From positions 1 to 28,316 of IMG/VR virus record IMGVR_UViG_3300005077_001240: a DNA stretch of 28,316 bases; one strand, written 5' to 3'. Source of the DNA: a virus (taxonomy: Duplodnaviria > Caudoviricetes). Position numbers and translations under genes: made by a program. Shown here piece after piece: positions 7,637 to 15,878 of this stretch. Positions within the stretch are counted from its first letter, which is position 1; each line of letters begins with the position of its first letter. The notes under the pieces are model-generated. The model was not told the origin of the DNA. It was given only the letters and a program-made list of their open reading frames with translations, and did not search any database.

Positions 7637-10059
7637 AGCATTTCTCCTAAACGTATAAGTCTTGTAATAGGATCCTGGTATATTATTTTAACACTTGATG
7701 GATCTGCACTCCACAACGCTTGAGCCATAGCACCGGAATATAACTTACCTTTATATTTAACCATAGTAGGCTGAACACCTAAAGGAACAGGAACAGGCTG
7801 TGCATGTTTTTTACCTTGTGACCGTGAATCAGGCTTTCTGCTTGGAATCGGCATACCATCATCACCAACACCACCTACATAAGAAGAATACTGAGGAGAT
7901 GTTGCAGACACCTCGCCTCTTATAAGATCTATCCTGTCAGAAATACCAGGAATAAACTTTGCCCTGTATGATGATGACGGATTATGGCTTATATAGCCGT
8001 CATGAGAAACTTCATAATCAGCATTCATATTATCTAATGCTTTTCTCATTGTCTCATGTCTACCACCACCTCCTGTAGGTGCCGCAGTATCTGACGTGGC
8101 ATCCTGATGTGGTGGTCTTACAGATACAGAACGTATAAACTCACCTTCATTAGCCCATTTCTTATGTGTGTCTTTAAGCAAATCTTGCTGCTGATCTGCG
8201 CTCTTAGGTTGCTTATTACTTGTAGATTTTGCATTAGGATCATACTTGTACACGATAATCCGTTTTGCAGGAATAGGCTTAGGCTGAAAGCCCTTGGTAA
8301 CCAACACCCTATCTTCACCACCTACACGAACAGTGCGCTTAGTTTCAGGTATAGGCTCAGGTGTATGTCCCTTTTTTACTTCTACATGAGGAACATACGC
8401 TCCATGGGAGTATTTGTCTACAAGTTTAGGACCTGCATTTTTAAGAGCTTTATGAAATAAACTAGGATCAGGATTGTTAACCTTAATAAGCATACCCGGC
8501 ATAACCGACTTCTGAATATTTAAAATCGCATTATGCTTCTCAGAATTCTGTGTTGCTACTGAAGGCTTGTTTAACTTAGCAGCAGCCCTTTTGTTTTCTG
8601 CTAATGCTTTCTGCTCTTCTGACGATCTCTTCAAACGAACCTTTTTAAATCTAAACCTACCCACAGGCTTAGTCTCTACTACCCCACGTTGTTTTAATGC
8701 CCTACGTGTACTAAAACTTTTACTTCCCTCTGTATGTTTACCATGCTTATTAATTTTAGTACCAGGAACCTCTATAGGATGTTCAATAGTAGCCCCAGAA
8801 CTTGCTATAATCTTAGGAGGTAATCCAGCTTCCTTTCTTGTCCTATTTAATGCCTCTATCTGGTCTACGGTCTTAGCATTATTTGCTAAATCTGCATGCT
8901 TGTAATAACCTCTTTCAGATATAATCTGATCATCAGACTTCTCTACCTTCTTAGGAGCAGACCGTGCTATAGCCAATGCTGGATCTTTCCTATTTTCTTT
9001 ATTAGTCCAGAAGTCTTTTATCTTGTTAAAATTCTCGCCTTTGTTCTTCATTAGGTGATGGCCTATAGCTGCAGTTGCTGCCAAACCTGCTCCCCACTTA
9101 ACTGCAGTCATAATCTTTTTTTTTCTTGCTGCACGTTTCTGCTCAGAAGAATACTGCATTGCCTCTGCAGGAGATGCAAACCTGTATACAAGCAACACAC
9201 CTTCATCAGCTTCAGTATTATGTGCCTCTTCTCTTTTTTCTTTTATCTTCTGTGTTATTCTTTTTAATCTCTTAAGCCTTCTGTCTATCCTATTGAACTT
9301 TTTATTTAAATACTGCTCATCAGGGTCAACTTTATTAGGATTTGGTTTACTTTTTCCTACAGGCTTGAATATAGTTTTAAACTTGCTTGCTTCTTCTGCT
9401 TTTTTTCTTTCTGCACTAACAGCAGATATGTTAGCATCATGCACTTCTTTCTTAACAAGAAGATGTTGGTTACGAAGAAGTTCAAACCTTCTATCTTCTT
9501 CTACTTTTGCAGCATTCTCCAGTTCCTGTGCATTCTGTTGGTATACCTTAGACCTTACTTCCGGTTTAGTATGAAAATCCCTAACACCATCTGCCCATCT
9601 CTTAAAATCGGGATTTTTATGGTACTGATGTATACCTATTCCTGCCGTTGCAGCTATAGCTATAGGTATACCTATCTTAAGTGCAGTCAACGCTTTCTTA
9701 CGTCTAGCTATACGATCTTGTCGTATCTTTTCATACAGAGCATCCTGTTCTTCTTCCAGTGTCTGATACCTATACATGTTAGGATTAACCATTCTTCGTA
9801 TAGGGTATTCAGATAAAGCTCTTTTACGTGGGGGGGGTATTATAGCGTTTGCTATACTTGAAGTCATAGGATTTACAACTACATCTACGCCCTGCTTAAA
9901 AGAAGAATTTAAAGCTTTAATAGCGCCGCCTCTAAATGTCCTGTCCATAACATCATAAACACGAGCCTGTGCACCCACAGAACCCCATTGGCTTAATTCT
10001 TCTTTTTCTTTCTTGGTTCTACGCCTTCTGCGAATACCAAAAAATCTGCTTGCCTTCAT
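7624..10059 (-). CDS. Large basic modular hypothetical protein, putative internal head/ejection protein
   Basis: 811 aa. Two K/R-patch plus Gly/Ala helix modules (RRKKALTALKIGIPIAIAATAGIGI; RKKKIMTAVKWGAGLAATAAIG), preceded by ALSE..MYRY and VYRFAS tags. Confidence 0.8.
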   Translation of the reverse strand: MKASRFFGIRRRRRTKKEKEELSQWGSVGAQARVYDVMDRTFRGGAIKALNSSFKQGVDVVVNPMTSSIANAIIPPPRKRALSEYPIRRMVNPNMYRYQTLEEEQDALYEKIRQDRIARRKKALTALKIGIPIAIAATAGIGIHQYHKNPDFKRWADGVRDFHTKPEVRSKVYQQNAQELENAAKVEEDRRFELLRNQHLLVKKEVHDANISAVSAERKKAEEASKFKTIFKPVGKSKPNPNKVDPDEQYLNKKFNRIDRRLKRLKRITQKIKEKREEAHNTEADEGVLLVYRFASPAEAMQYSSEQKRAARKKKIMTAVKWGAGLAATAAIGHHLMKNKGENFNKIKDFWTNKENRKDPALAIARSAPKKVEKSDDQIISERGYYKHADLANNAKTVDQIEALNRTRKEAGLPPKIIASSGATIEHPIEVPGTKINKHGKHTEGSKSFSTRRALKQRGVVETKPVGRFRFKKVRLKRSSEEQKALAENKRAAAKLNKPSVATQNSEKHNAILNIQKSVMPGMLIKVNNPDPSLFHKALKNAGPKLVDKYSHGAYVPHVEVKKGHTPEPIPETKRTVRVGGEDRVLVTKGFQPKPIPAKRIIVYKYDPNAKSTSNKQPKSADQQQDLLKDTHKKWANEGEFIRSVSVRPPHQDATSDTAAPTGGGGRHETMRKALDNMNADYEVSHDGYISHNPSSSYRAKFIPGISDRIDLIRGEVSATSPQYSSYVGGVGDDGMPIPSRKPDSRSQGKKHAQPVPVPLGVQPTMVKYKGKLYSGAMAQALWSADPSSVKIIYQDPITRLIRLGEMLCIY

Positions 10060-10083
10060 GCTTTATCCTCTAAAACTGTAATA

Positions 10084-10112
10084 ACCAGAGAGGTTGGTTA
10101 GACCTCTCTGGT
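10084..10112 (-). terminator. Intergenic hairpin, possible terminator or RNA-processing/stability element
   Basis: 11-bp perfect stem ACCAGAGAGGT/ACCTCTCTGGT with a 7-nt loop. The U-tail is weak (TTATT). Confidence 0.55.
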
Positions 10113-10130
10113 ATTATTGTTAACTTACTG

Positions 10131-10622
10131 CTACTCTGGTTGCTTGCCGGGGAATCTCTTCTTCCATGCCTCCTGTGTGTCTTCCCAACCCTTCTTAGCT
10201 CCTTCTTGCTGTCTGCTCCACCACTCACCTGGGGCAGCCTTTAGCTTATTCCAGTCTTTGTCTATCCTGGCTTTTGCTACATCCACATTACCCTGCCAAC
10301 CTCTGCCGTAAATATCCTTTGCACCTACGCCGATGTTTCTGAGATAACCCACAGCGCCTTCGTTCTGTCTACCGGCTCCTGGAACACTAGCACCGTGCTT
10401 AGACAGCATGTGTGCACCTGTCCCAAGGACTGCTGCTGTTCCCAGCATAGTCTTCCAGTGCTTCTTCAGGAAACCTTTCTTCTTCTGCTCAGCCTCCTGT
10501 GGTGTTGCTGACGTAGCATCAATCTGCTCAAACACATAGGCGTACACCTCATCAAGATGTGGTGCCAGTTCACTGAGCATCATGTTGGTAATCTGACCAA
10601 CGGGCATGCCTTCAGTATACAT
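10131..10622 (-). CDS. Single-module basic protein (KKHWK + Gly/Ala helix)
   Basis: 163 aa, MLSE...VYAYVFE...KKGFLKKHWKTMLGTAAVLGTGAHML; strong GAAGGAGG RBS. Confidence 0.8.
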   Translation of the reverse strand: MYTEGMPVGQITNMMLSELAPHLDEVYAYVFEQIDATSATPQEAEQKKKGFLKKHWKTMLGTAAVLGTGAHMLSKHGASVPGAGRQNEGAVGYLRNIGVGAKDIYGRGWQGNVDVAKARIDKDWNKLKAAPGEWWSRQQEGAKKGWEDTQEAWKKRFPGKQPE

Positions 10623-10643
10623 GTATTCATTCCTCCTTCAATT

Positions 10644-10653
10644 TAAAGTTATA
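10644..10653 (-). promoter_or_regulatory. TATAACTTTA element (copy 3)
   Basis: CTATAACTTTAAATTGAAGGAGG upstream of the ATG at 10622. Confidence 0.55.
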
Positions 10654-10684
10654 GCCAATAAATTTATTATACCATAGTTGTCTA

Positions 10685-13600
10685 CTATGCGCCACCTCCT
10701 CGTTCAGCTTCCCATCTTTTTACAATCTCATCTATATTCCTTTTACGCTCTATTTCTTTAGGATCATCTTCTGCTGGCGGTCTTCCTGGTCTTCTCTTCA
10801 AATGTTCAGGTATCACAGGCTTCTGTCTAGGCCTACCTACCCTACCTCCTGTCGGTGACTGTGCCCTTCTCTGCTGCTCAAGCATTGCCTGATACTGCGC
10901 CATCTCCTGTGGTGTCATTTCACCTGAAGTAAGACTCTCTGCGTAATTCTTTACATGACTTATAGCATTGGTTGTCATGTTACGCCATATTCTACTAAAC
11001 ACATACAGACCAGCACCTACAGTTACAGCCACCATAGGAGCATTAACTATGCTGCCCGATAACTTCCACCCTTTCATAGTGGCTAAATCACCTACATGGG
11101 TTAAACTTGTTTTAACAGAATCAGCATCTTCTATAGCACTGACATACTGAGAACGAGCATCTTCTGGGCTCAACCCAAGATGTTGGCCTATCATTTCAGC
11201 ATAAGTAAGTGGCACCTCACCTACATTATTCTCACGAGGAGCAAACTTTATGTTACTCTTCATAAGTAATCGTGTGTCTATAGGGGCATTGGAACGTTGA
11301 CCTAGATCTCCAAGAAAATGCTCTACTGTTGTAGTTGCAGGATCAATACCTCCGTCAATAGAATCAAGCCTATACCTTTGACTTGGATGATGAGATACAC
11401 TACCATCTGAGTTAATCTGTGGAAGTAGCTGATCTAAAGTCATCTTCCTAAATGCTTCATTATCCTCTGAAAAAGTACCGTCTAAGTTTAACTTCTTCAT
11501 GTCTATACGCAAAGACTTACTCCAAGTATCCTGAGGAAGAACACCTCCTACAATTTCTGTAGTAGGTATACCTATACCGAAGTTAGTAAGTAACCTATCT
11601 TTAAGTAACTTACCATCAGCAAGTCTTTTTGTTTTACCAGAATCCGTTCCTGTGAATAAATCGGTTATCTTCCAGGATGCCTTATCCCTGCCTATACGGG
11701 AACCGTCACCCTTACCGTCAACCTTAGTTTCTCTTATAGGATCAGTTGGACTCTCCTGATAAGGTAGGCACTTAACAGTAGTTGCCTCCACACTATTACC
11801 AAATAAACCAAGCAACATCTTACCGAGGTTAGCATTCTTTATAACTACGCTTTTAACTATAGAATGCATACCATCCTTCAGGTTAGACTTTATTGCAGAA
11901 CCAGCCTCACCAGCAAAACCTTTAAGCAGGTGTATTCCTATACCGCCAAGCGATAGACCTGCACCAGCCATGCCCACAAAACTTGAGCCTATGTCGTGTG
12001 CTGTGTGTGCCCACGTTCCACCTACTTTCTTACCGTCTATTACTGCACCCTTAGCATACTTAAGCTTTCCTGTTCTAGGATCTCTGAATGTAGGCGCATT
12101 GTTAAATGCAGATACCTTCTTGCCTTCATCCCTATCATAAGAAGCCAACACCAATTCTATCTTTCGTTCATGCTCATCATCATCGTCTTCCTTAAAAGAA
12201 TAAAGATAGTTAACACTGTCACCAAGTAATGCAAGAGTATCTGGGTTAATATCACACAACCTGCTTATATTCTTAGCTGCTGCATTCCTATACATAGGTG
12301 CCATACTATCAAGATGATCCATAGCCTTCGCTGCAGAATCATATAAATGACCTACAACAACACCTTTAATCTTTTCTATATTAGGACGAACAAAATATTC
12401 AAGAACAGAGCCTATCTGTGTATCGGTTACTCCACGATGTATTGCATTTTCACGTGCTCTACTGTAACCAGCTTTTGCTTCATTATCAAACATCTTATTT
12501 AGTGAATCGTGCAGCAACGCTCTGGTTATATTTGTCTCTGCAAACTTTACAGTTTCGGGTGGTTTCATATCCCAATAGGTCTTGTGTGTCTCACTCATCT
12601 CAGCACCACCATCACCACCAGGACCTACCGCACCCATTCCTGGAGGACCTGCATCTACATCACCTGCATTAGCTGACTGATCCTTTGCATTAACTCCCCC
12701 AGCACCTGCCTGCTGCTGAGCCTGTTGCTGCTGCATCTGCATCTCCTGCTGTTGTTTCATCTGTTGCTCTTCAGGAGACAGTTCCTTCTTCGCAGGCATA
12801 GAGAACTTTTCCCTGGCCCATTCACACAGGCCCTCGTCCTTCTCTATCAGATTCATCTGCATAAGGATCTGTAAAGCTTTAAGCACATCATCATTCGATG
12901 TCTTAGTTATGTTTTCACAGGTAAGTTCCGGGTACATATCCCTCTTACCGAAGTTCATATCTACCCACGGCTTTATACAATACCTGTTCATTGTATCGGT
13001 TATAGTTTTAACCACAGAATTAAGAGTCATCAGAAACATGTCAGACTGATCCTTTGACAACGCCCAAGATCCTGCTGAGTCAGAACCCAACTGCATGAAC
13101 TGTGCAAGCACTGCCTTCCCTATCTGTCTATCGTGATGTTGGATAGCAGCCTCAAGTGCCTGATTCTGGAACTTGCCTTCTATCGTGTCAACCTTCACCC
13201 CTTCAGGGAACAGCATACCTGCTTCCTGGTGTGCTCTCCAGGTCTTAACTATATGTTTAGCATAGTTCTTATCATCCATAGTTGCACCCTTAGGCATAAA
13301 TATAACCGGTATACCCAGTGCATGTCTCTCTAAACCTATAGCCTGTATCAGATACAACTTATCTTTGATAAACCAGTGCTTGTAAGCAGGTCTGAGTATG
13401 CCGCCATCACCTTCAAAGTTACTGCCTTCCTGCCTATAGGTAAAGACCACCAGCTTATCCACCGGTATCTTGACTGTCTTCCATGTGTTAGATTCTTTAG
13501 AAGCAAAGTAAGCCTGCTGCTCTATACCTGCAAGACCACCCCTCTCATCTATCAACCACTTCTTGATGGTCTTCTGTAACCGTGGTGCAAGCTTACGTAT

Positions 13601-14056
13601 CTTCACCAACTGGTTCTTTTCATCACGTTCATACACTTCCTCAAAGCAGCTAAAGCTATAAGGAAGCATTGATAAGGCCTGTCTGACAAATGACTGCCAT
13701 GTAATGGTCATATCCTTAAACAACATCTTCTCCATATACTCTTTAAGGAATGCATCTTCCCTGTTGGTTATGTCAAGATGTATCTTCCAATCTGCAGACT
13801 CAATAGGCAACACCATGGATAAGTATATTGCCCTGATAGATGCATCAGACCTGAGCATTCTGTCTATGATTTTACAGCGAGGCTCAAGTGTTCTCCATTC
13901 CTGCAGATACTCTTCATTGATGATACCAGAAAATATCTTTGTGCCTGTAGTGCCAAGTTCATCAGTAATGTTATAGATAATGGTGTCTTCCTTATCTTTA
14001 CCCTTTACCTCTGTCTTGGACTTGGTTATTGCTGTGGACATTTCTTCTCGTAGCAT
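10685..14056 (-). CDS. Portal protein (DUF935 / Mu gp29-like) with a ~630-aa C-terminal extension
   Basis: The N-terminal ~425 aa carry M...D..I, YSFSCFEEVY, KLAPR.Q.TI..W, GGILRPAYKHWFIK, GLERHALGIP, HHDRQIGKAVLAQF and GSWALS. A poly-Q/Gly linker and a long unrecognised extension follow. Confidence 0.9.
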   Translation of the reverse strand: MLREEMSTAITKSKTEVKGKDKEDTIIYNITDELGTTGTKIFSGIINEEYLQEWRTLEPRCKIIDRMLRSDASIRAIYLSMVLPIESADWKIHLDITNREDAFLKEYMEKMLFKDMTITWQSFVRQALSMLPYSFSCFEEVYERDEKNQLVKIRKLAPRLQKTIKKWLIDERGGLAGIEQQAYFASKESNTWKTVKIPVDKLVVFTYRQEGSNFEGDGGILRPAYKHWFIKDKLYLIQAIGLERHALGIPVIFMPKGATMDDKNYAKHIVKTWRAHQEAGMLFPEGVKVDTIEGKFQNQALEAAIQHHDRQIGKAVLAQFMQLGSDSAGSWALSKDQSDMFLMTLNSVVKTITDTMNRYCIKPWVDMNFGKRDMYPELTCENITKTSNDDVLKALQILMQMNLIEKDEGLCEWAREKFSMPAKKELSPEEQQMKQQQEMQMQQQQAQQQAGAGGVNAKDQSANAGDVDAGPPGMGAVGPGGDGGAEMSETHKTYWDMKPPETVKFAETNITRALLHDSLNKMFDNEAKAGYSRARENAIHRGVTDTQIGSVLEYFVRPNIEKIKGVVVGHLYDSAAKAMDHLDSMAPMYRNAAAKNISRLCDINPDTLALLGDSVNYLYSFKEDDDDEHERKIELVLASYDRDEGKKVSAFNNAPTFRDPRTGKLKYAKGAVIDGKKVGGTWAHTAHDIGSSFVGMAGAGLSLGGIGIHLLKGFAGEAGSAIKSNLKDGMHSIVKSVVIKNANLGKMLLGLFGNSVEATTVKCLPYQESPTDPIRETKVDGKGDGSRIGRDKASWKITDLFTGTDSGKTKRLADGKLLKDRLLTNFGIGIPTTEIVGGVLPQDTWSKSLRIDMKKLNLDGTFSEDNEAFRKMTLDQLLPQINSDGSVSHHPSQRYRLDSIDGGIDPATTTVEHFLGDLGQRSNAPIDTRLLMKSNIKFAPRENNVGEVPLTYAEMIGQHLGLSPEDARSQYVSAIEDADSVKTSLTHVGDLATMKGWKLSGSIVNAPMVAVTVGAGLYVFSRIWRNMTTNAISHVKNYAESLTSGEMTPQEMAQYQAMLEQQRRAQSPTGGRVGRPRQKPVIPEHLKRRPGRPPAEDDPKEIERKRNIDEIVKRWEAERGGGA

Positions 14057-14075
14057 TGGTTATACCTCTCTACTA

Positions 14076-15878
14076 TTAATAGCCACCTGTATTACTGAAC
14101 CCAGTTCTCCTGGTAAGACTGTTTGCCAGATCTCTGTTGGTTGGATCGTTAGGACCACCAGGACCCATCTGACCACCTATCTTGCCTGCCAGTTCCATCT
14201 CCATGCGTTTCTTCCTCTTTAGTTTGGGATTCCTCCGTATCTTCTGGTTGAGTTGCTTCACACCCATACCAGAATACTCCCCTGGCTGTGATGTGTCACC
14301 TATGGCAGAAGTGTTTCCTACCATCATGTCACCTAAAGCTATAACGTAAGCAAGGGGCTCAGACAGTTGTTTCTTGTTTGTAGCCTTATCGAATGCATCC
14401 ATGTCATAATAATTAACATCAAAATCAAAATCATCTTCATCTATTACGCCTATAGGAACACTATAACCGGACTGCGTAAGCTTAGGCTTGGTTCGTGCTG
14501 CACGTTTCCCATATACATTACCCTTAACAGTATTATGCAAAGTCCCAGCAGCATCATACCTCTTGTCTGCTTCAATATGTTTAGGATTGTTAACCTCAAG
14601 ACCATTACTAGTTAATTTATTATAAGCCCTCTCGTGCTTTATAGCCTTTCTCTGTGTGTAACCTACCCTTATGTTATCCAGCATATCCCCTACTTTGTCC
14701 TTTATAGTTGTAGGCTTAGCATCATCTCTGTTATAGCCTGTCGAATCCAAATCAAAATCAATAGCCTGTTTACCTTCTTTATGCAGGTCATGCAGATGTT
14801 TACCTGCTAAACCTAACCCTACCACACCGGCACCTACTGCGTACTTCTTCCAGTGCTTCTTGAAGTGATCCTTGATAGCCTGTCCCTTTTTAGGTTTCTC
14901 TGAAACTGCAGCCTGACCATCTTCAAATGCATAATACATATTCAGTAGCAATGCTTCGCGCTCAGATAAAGCTTTAGGTTTGAGTCTGTCATTCTTGATT
15001 CTCTCTTTAGTTACCTTCAATGTTAAAGGAAGGATAGGAGGGAAAGCTAATAGTGTTTTTTGATATGCTTTGCGGTACCTCTCTTTTTCCTCAGGAGTAA
15101 ATGAGTTAACATCCTCCCTGTGCTTATCATTATAAGGCCAACCGGATACACCCCTCATAAACTTATCATTATAGGTATCATCAAACCACCAGTTATCTGA
15201 TAGCTTACCTGTCTTTATAGCATATCTTACCCCTTCCATCTCTGGTATCATCCACCTGTTACGAATAAAAGCAGCTGCTTGATCTCTTTCAGCCTTATAA
15301 GGATGTGTTATCCTACTCGCAGAAGAACTGTAAACATTCCCACCAACTCTTGATAAGTCTACATGTATATTCGGCTTATCAGCAATATCATAACCTGTTC
15401 GTTTTGCTATTTCTGCTCTTATTGCTGCTTTCCGTTGCCAAAGCCTTTCCAGATTTTTCTCATAACTACCGTGCGGTAAAGGCTCTGCATCTGGATTATT
15501 TTTTGCATAATGCAACCTTCTTTTATAGTCTGTATTGGCTGCGGTTATTGCATCCTTTACTACTTCTGGTTTACCTTTTCCTAAAGAAGAAGCAACACGA
15601 TGTGCTTCTAATGTAGGTGAATATGCACCTACAGGTCTTTTGTCTATCTCCCTCTTCTGTAAATAAGGAATGCCATACCTTCTTCCAACTACAGCGCCTG
15701 CCGCAAGAATACCAGCACCTACTGCATACTTCTTCCAGTGCTTCTTGAGATGACCCTCTACCTTCTGCCCCATTGTCGGCTTATACGGTGTATCTTCAAA
15801 CATAAAACTACCTCTGTAGGTTCTGCTGTTAAACTGATCTGCCAAGTTCTGAAACATTGCTTGTCTATCGGTAATCAT
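14076..15878 (-). CDS. Modular basic protein with two KKHWKKYAVGAG repeats, putative internal head protein
   Basis: 600 aa. Modules LAD...FMFE...HLKKHWKKYAVGAGILAAGAV and ALSE...YYAFE...HFKKHWKKYAVGAGVVGLGL, plus QLSE. Confidence 0.8.
   Translation of the reverse strand: MITDRQAMFQNLADQFNSRTYRGSFMFEDTPYKPTMGQKVEGHLKKHWKKYAVGAGILAAGAVVGRRYGIPYLQKREIDKRPVGAYSPTLEAHRVASSLGKGKPEVVKDAITAANTDYKRRLHYAKNNPDAEPLPHGSYEKNLERLWQRKAAIRAEIAKRTGYDIADKPNIHVDLSRVGGNVYSSSASRITHPYKAERDQAAAFIRNRWMIPEMEGVRYAIKTGKLSDNWWFDDTYNDKFMRGVSGWPYNDKHREDVNSFTPEEKERYRKAYQKTLLAFPPILPLTLKVTKERIKNDRLKPKALSEREALLLNMYYAFEDGQAAVSEKPKKGQAIKDHFKKHWKKYAVGAGVVGLGLAGKHLHDLHKEGKQAIDFDLDSTGYNRDDAKPTTIKDKVGDMLDNIRVGYTQRKAIKHERAYNKLTSNGLEVNNPKHIEADKRYDAAGTLHNTVKGNVYGKRAARTKPKLTQSGYSVPIGVIDEDDFDFDVNYYDMDAFDKATNKKQLSEPLAYVIALGDMMVGNTSAIGDTSQPGEYSGMGVKQLNQKIRRNPKLKRKKRMEMELAGKIGGQMGPGGPNDPTNRDLANSLTRRTGFSNTGGY
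14830..14863. repeat. 34-bp direct repeat, copy A (encodes KKHWKKYAVGA)
   Basis: 33/34 identical to 15715-15748. The 16-bp core also occurs at 10451-10466. Confidence 0.9.
15715..15748. repeat. 34-bp direct repeat, copy B
   Basis: gcacctactgc(a/g)tacttcttccagtgcttcttga. Confidence 0.9.

Noticed and set aside
9830-9837. G8 homopolymer as a phase-variation site
   Set aside because: It is short, in frame (encodes a Pro run) and shows no evidence of length variation.
2274-14056. Transposable Mu-like prophage
   Set aside because: Only the head genes are Mu-like. No transposase is in the window, and SbcC, RuvC and dNMP kinase point to a larger self-replicating phage.
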